From Planctomycetota bacterium (lineage in GTDB: Bacteria > Planctomycetota > UBA1135 > UBA2386), in NCBI GenBank assembly GCA_965223545.1, contig OZ245006.1, forward strand, positions 3,232,001 through 3,296,000: a DNA stretch of 64,000 bases, read 5' to 3'. This document shows positions 61,526-64,000 of this stretch, piece by piece (positions within the stretch are counted from its first letter, which is position 1; each line of letters starts with the position of its first letter). The position numbers were made by a program, and so were the translations under genes. The notes beneath the pieces are model-generated. The model did no database searches. It was not told where the DNA came from and worked only from the letters and a program-made list of their open reading frames with translations.

Positions 61526-62743
61526 GTGACCATCAAGACCGACGCCCTGTTGACGATCCCGGCCGCACTTCTCCTCGCCACCGCGACTGCAACGCAGCTG
61601 TCCCCCGACGCCCTGCTGCGCGAGCGGCTCCTCGAGCTGAAGGGCAAGCTGCAACAGTGCGGGCCCGAGCTGTTGCCCCACGAGATCAAGGCGCCGGGAT
61701 TCAAGCTGCGCAAGACCGTGCTCTACGCGCGCACGGTCCTCGACCTGCTCGCACACCGATTGCCACCCGCACCAGCCGGACACTCCTGGCGAGCGCTGCG
61801 AGCCAGGCTCGACGAGGGCTACGCCCGGATCGGCGCCTTCAAGGATCTCTACGACGCGGTGGCCCCGCTGATCGGCAAGGAAGAGGAGCCCGACGCGATC
61901 GGCATCCAGGACTACGCGCGCGCGCACGGGTTGGCACCGCTGCAGGAGCGCCAGTGGCTGCGTGGCGAGGTGGAGCAACGGCGCACAGGAGTCCTGCAAT
62001 GGGCGCAGGCGACGTCGTTCGCCCGCGAGTTGGAGGCGCTCGGCTCGGGAGCGGGGCGACCGCCCGCAGCCGATGCACAGCCACCCCCGGCCCCGCTGCG
62101 ATCCCGCCTCTATTGGGGCGCAGTGCGCAGTGCCCCGATGCCGTCACTCGCGGCGGACGACGAGGTTCGACGATTGGCCGCCGCGCTCCTGTTCGCGCTG
62201 GCCAATTCCAAGCTGTTGGACAGAGTCGCCCGCATCGAGGACCTGATCGAGGACCAAGAGGACTTCCATGACCTGCGCAAGCGCATCCGCGCGGTGCTGC
62301 AGATCCGCGATGTGCCGGGTCTCGACCACCTGCTGCCCGGCGATGACGCAGGCGCCGCCCTTGCAGTGCTGAAGGACGCCGTCGACCGTTGCGGCGACCT
62401 CAACGACCTGTTGATCCGGCACGCTCAGTACACCGCTCGGCACCGCGCCGCCGAGTCCGAGCTGGACCGCCACTACTGGCGCCAACGGGCGAGCGAGCTG
62501 CGGCACGAGATCGATCACCTCTGGCTCGCCACGCGCCCCGCAACGACCCGCACTCATCTGCAGCCCGCGCTGATCACCACCGCGCACGCGTGGCTCGAGG
62601 CGCAGACCAGCTGCGGGGCGCCACAGATCCCTAGGAGCTACTCGTCCGACGGACCGCCGCGCACGGTGAGCACCGGGCACGGCGCGGTGCGCACCACCCG
62701 CTCGGCGGTGCTGCCCATCATCAAGTGCGCGAAGCCGGTGTAG
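61526..62743 (+). CDS. CHAD-domain-like protein with a signal-peptide-like N-terminus
   Basis: LRK, GYARIGAFKDL, FHDLRKRIR, VDRCGDLNDL; 3' end overlaps the USP gene by 106 nt. Confidence 0.6.
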   Translation: MTIKTDALLTIPAALLLATATATQLSPDALLRERLLELKGKLQQCGPELLPHEIKAPGFKLRKTVLYARTVLDLLAHRLPPAPAGHSWRALRARLDEGYARIGAFKDLYDAVAPLIGKEEEPDAIGIQDYARAHGLAPLQERQWLRGEVEQRRTGVLQWAQATSFARELEALGSGAGRPPAADAQPPPAPLRSRLYWGAVRSAPMPSLAADDEVRRLAAALLFALANSKLLDRVARIEDLIEDQEDFHDLRKRIRAVLQIRDVPGLDHLLPGDDAGAALAVLKDAVDRCGDLNDLLIRHAQYTARHRAAESELDRHYWRQRASELRHEIDHLWLATRPATTRTHLQPALITTAHAWLEAQTSCGAPQIPRSYSSDGPPRTVSTGHGAVRTTRSAVLPIIKCAKPV

Positions 62744-63087
62744 CCGTGCGTGGAGATCACGATCAGATCCACGTGTTCTTTCTTCGCCAGTTGGGTGATC
62801 TCGCGGAACGGAGTGCCGTCGAGACGCCGCGTCTGCACCCTGATGCCCTCCGGCACCCCAGTGGCCAGAGTCGCCAGCTTGTCGTCACAGATCTGGGCGA
62901 TCTCTTCGTGCACGGTCGGCACGTTGGCCGCTCCGGCAAAGGTGACGGCGGGATAGATCGGCGCCTCGACGACGTGCGCGATGATGAGCTCGGCGTCGAA
63001 CACCCGCGCGAAGCCGAACGCGGTCTCGAGCGCGGCCTTGGCGCACTCCGAGAAGTCCGTGGGAACGAGGATCTTGCCGACGTTCAT
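62638..63087 (-). CDS. Universal stress protein
   Basis: KILVPTDFSE, DLIVISTHG, MGSTAERVVRTAPCPVLTV. Confidence 0.93.
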   Translation of the reverse strand: MNVGKILVPTDFSECAKAALETAFGFARVFDAELIIAHVVEAPIYPAVTFAGAANVPTVHEEIAQICDDKLATLATGVPEGIRVQTRRLDGTPFREITQLAKKEHVDLIVISTHGYTGFAHLMMGSTAERVVRTAPCPVLTVRGGPSDE

Positions 63088-63146
63088 ATCGAGCCTCCGC
63101 AAATGGAACCCGGTGACCGCGGACCGAATTTCGCGCGGTCCCCGGC

Positions 63147-64000
63147 TCAGCCACTGGCGATCCGACGATAGCTCTCGACGCGGGCCGGCGCGAGCTCACC
63201 GCATTGCACGGCGGCGCGCACCGCACAGTCCGGCTCACCCCCGTGGCCACAGTCGGCGAAGCGGCAACCGGCGGCGACCGCGGCGATGTCGGGGAACGCC
63301 GCGTCGAGCTCGGCCGCCGAGACCGGACCCAGCCCGAAGGCGCGCACTCCCGGCGTGTCGATGATGCGGATCCCGTCCGGCAGCGCGTGCAGGGTCGAAT
63401 CCACCGTCGTGTGCCGGCCCTTGCCGTCGCGAACGCGCACCTCGCCCACGCGCTGCAGCGCCCCATCGGAGAGCGCGTTCACCAGCGACGACTTGCCGAC
63501 CCCGCTGTGGCCGACCAGGACGCAGGCGCGGCCGGCGAGGCGACGCCGCAGCGCGTCGATCCCATCGCCGGTGACGGCCGAGACGAACAGCACGTCGATG
63601 CCGGCCGCGCGGTGAGGCGCCAGCGCGGGCTCGATGGAGCGGACATCCTCGACGAGGTCGCTCTTGTTGACGCAGACGAGCGGAGCGACTCCGCCGCGCC
63701 GCACCGCCACCGCAAAGCGGTCGACCAGCCCGGCGCGCAAGTTGGGCGCGACCAGCACCAGCACGGCGAGGTCCACGTTGGCGGCCACCACCCGCACGCG
63801 GTCGGGCGCTGTCGGATCGGCGCGCCCGAGCCACGTGCGCCGCGGGGCGACGCCGACCACGCGCGGCGACGACGCATCGGCGTCGCACTCCACGCGGTCG
63901 CCGATCGCGACCGCGGACCGTTGCACTCGCGCGAGCGCGGGCACCAGCACCGCATCGACCGGCGCGCCGCCGTCCGGCACCACGCGCACCCGGCCCGCCG
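63147..64000 (-). CDS. rsgA: Ribosome small subunit-dependent GTPase A (5' end outside the window)
   Basis: VAANVD, NKSDL, GHSGVGKSS, GKGRHTT, DTPG, CRFADCGH..EPDC. Confidence 0.92.
   Translation of the reverse strand, partial: AGRVRVVPDGGAPVDAVLVPALARVQRSAVAIGDRVECDADASSPRVVGVAPRRTWLGRADPTAPDRVRVVAANVDLAVLVLVAPNLRAGLVDRFAVAVRRGGVAPLVCVNKSDLVEDVRSIEPALAPHRAAGIDVLFVSAVTGDGIDALRRRLAGRACVLVGHSGVGKSSLVNALSDGALQRVGEVRVRDGKGRHTTVDSTLHALPDGIRIIDTPGVRAFGLGPVSAAELDAAFPDIAAVAAGCRFADCGHGGEPDCAVRAAVQCGELAPARVESYRRIASG

Overview
High-GC bacterial chromosomal segment, probably from a Planctomycetota genome; this is inferred from the DUF1549/DUF1553 + DUF1501 pair, the ECF sigma/Ser-Thr kinase pair and the many secreted Q-start proteins. 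It holds about 55 protein-coding genes. I found no rRNA, tRNA, CRISPR array or transposase. Recognisable genes are fabG with a halogenase-like flavoprotein, two BlaI/M56 modules with visible operators, hipBA, a TonB-dependent receptor, senA-senB (selenoneine pathway, no adjacent selD), a two-component system flanked by two Spondin_N genes, an S9 peptidase, a cytochrome P460/c'-beta protein, a cNMP-aspartase fusion, kefGB, a USP and rsgA. Two signals not explained by ordinary annotation stand out. (1) Ten unrelated secreted proteins end in the same ~110-130 aa C-terminal domain (a Gln 22-26 residues from the end plus a terminal beta-strand), and their signal peptides appear to cleave before Gln; this is a candidate lineage-specific sorting or surface-display system. 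(2) A ~200 bp two-hairpin non-coding element occurs three times and starts at TGAG sites; two copies supply stop codons and one splits an ATGA-coupled gene junction in frame. All assignments come from motif recognition by eye; no searches were run.
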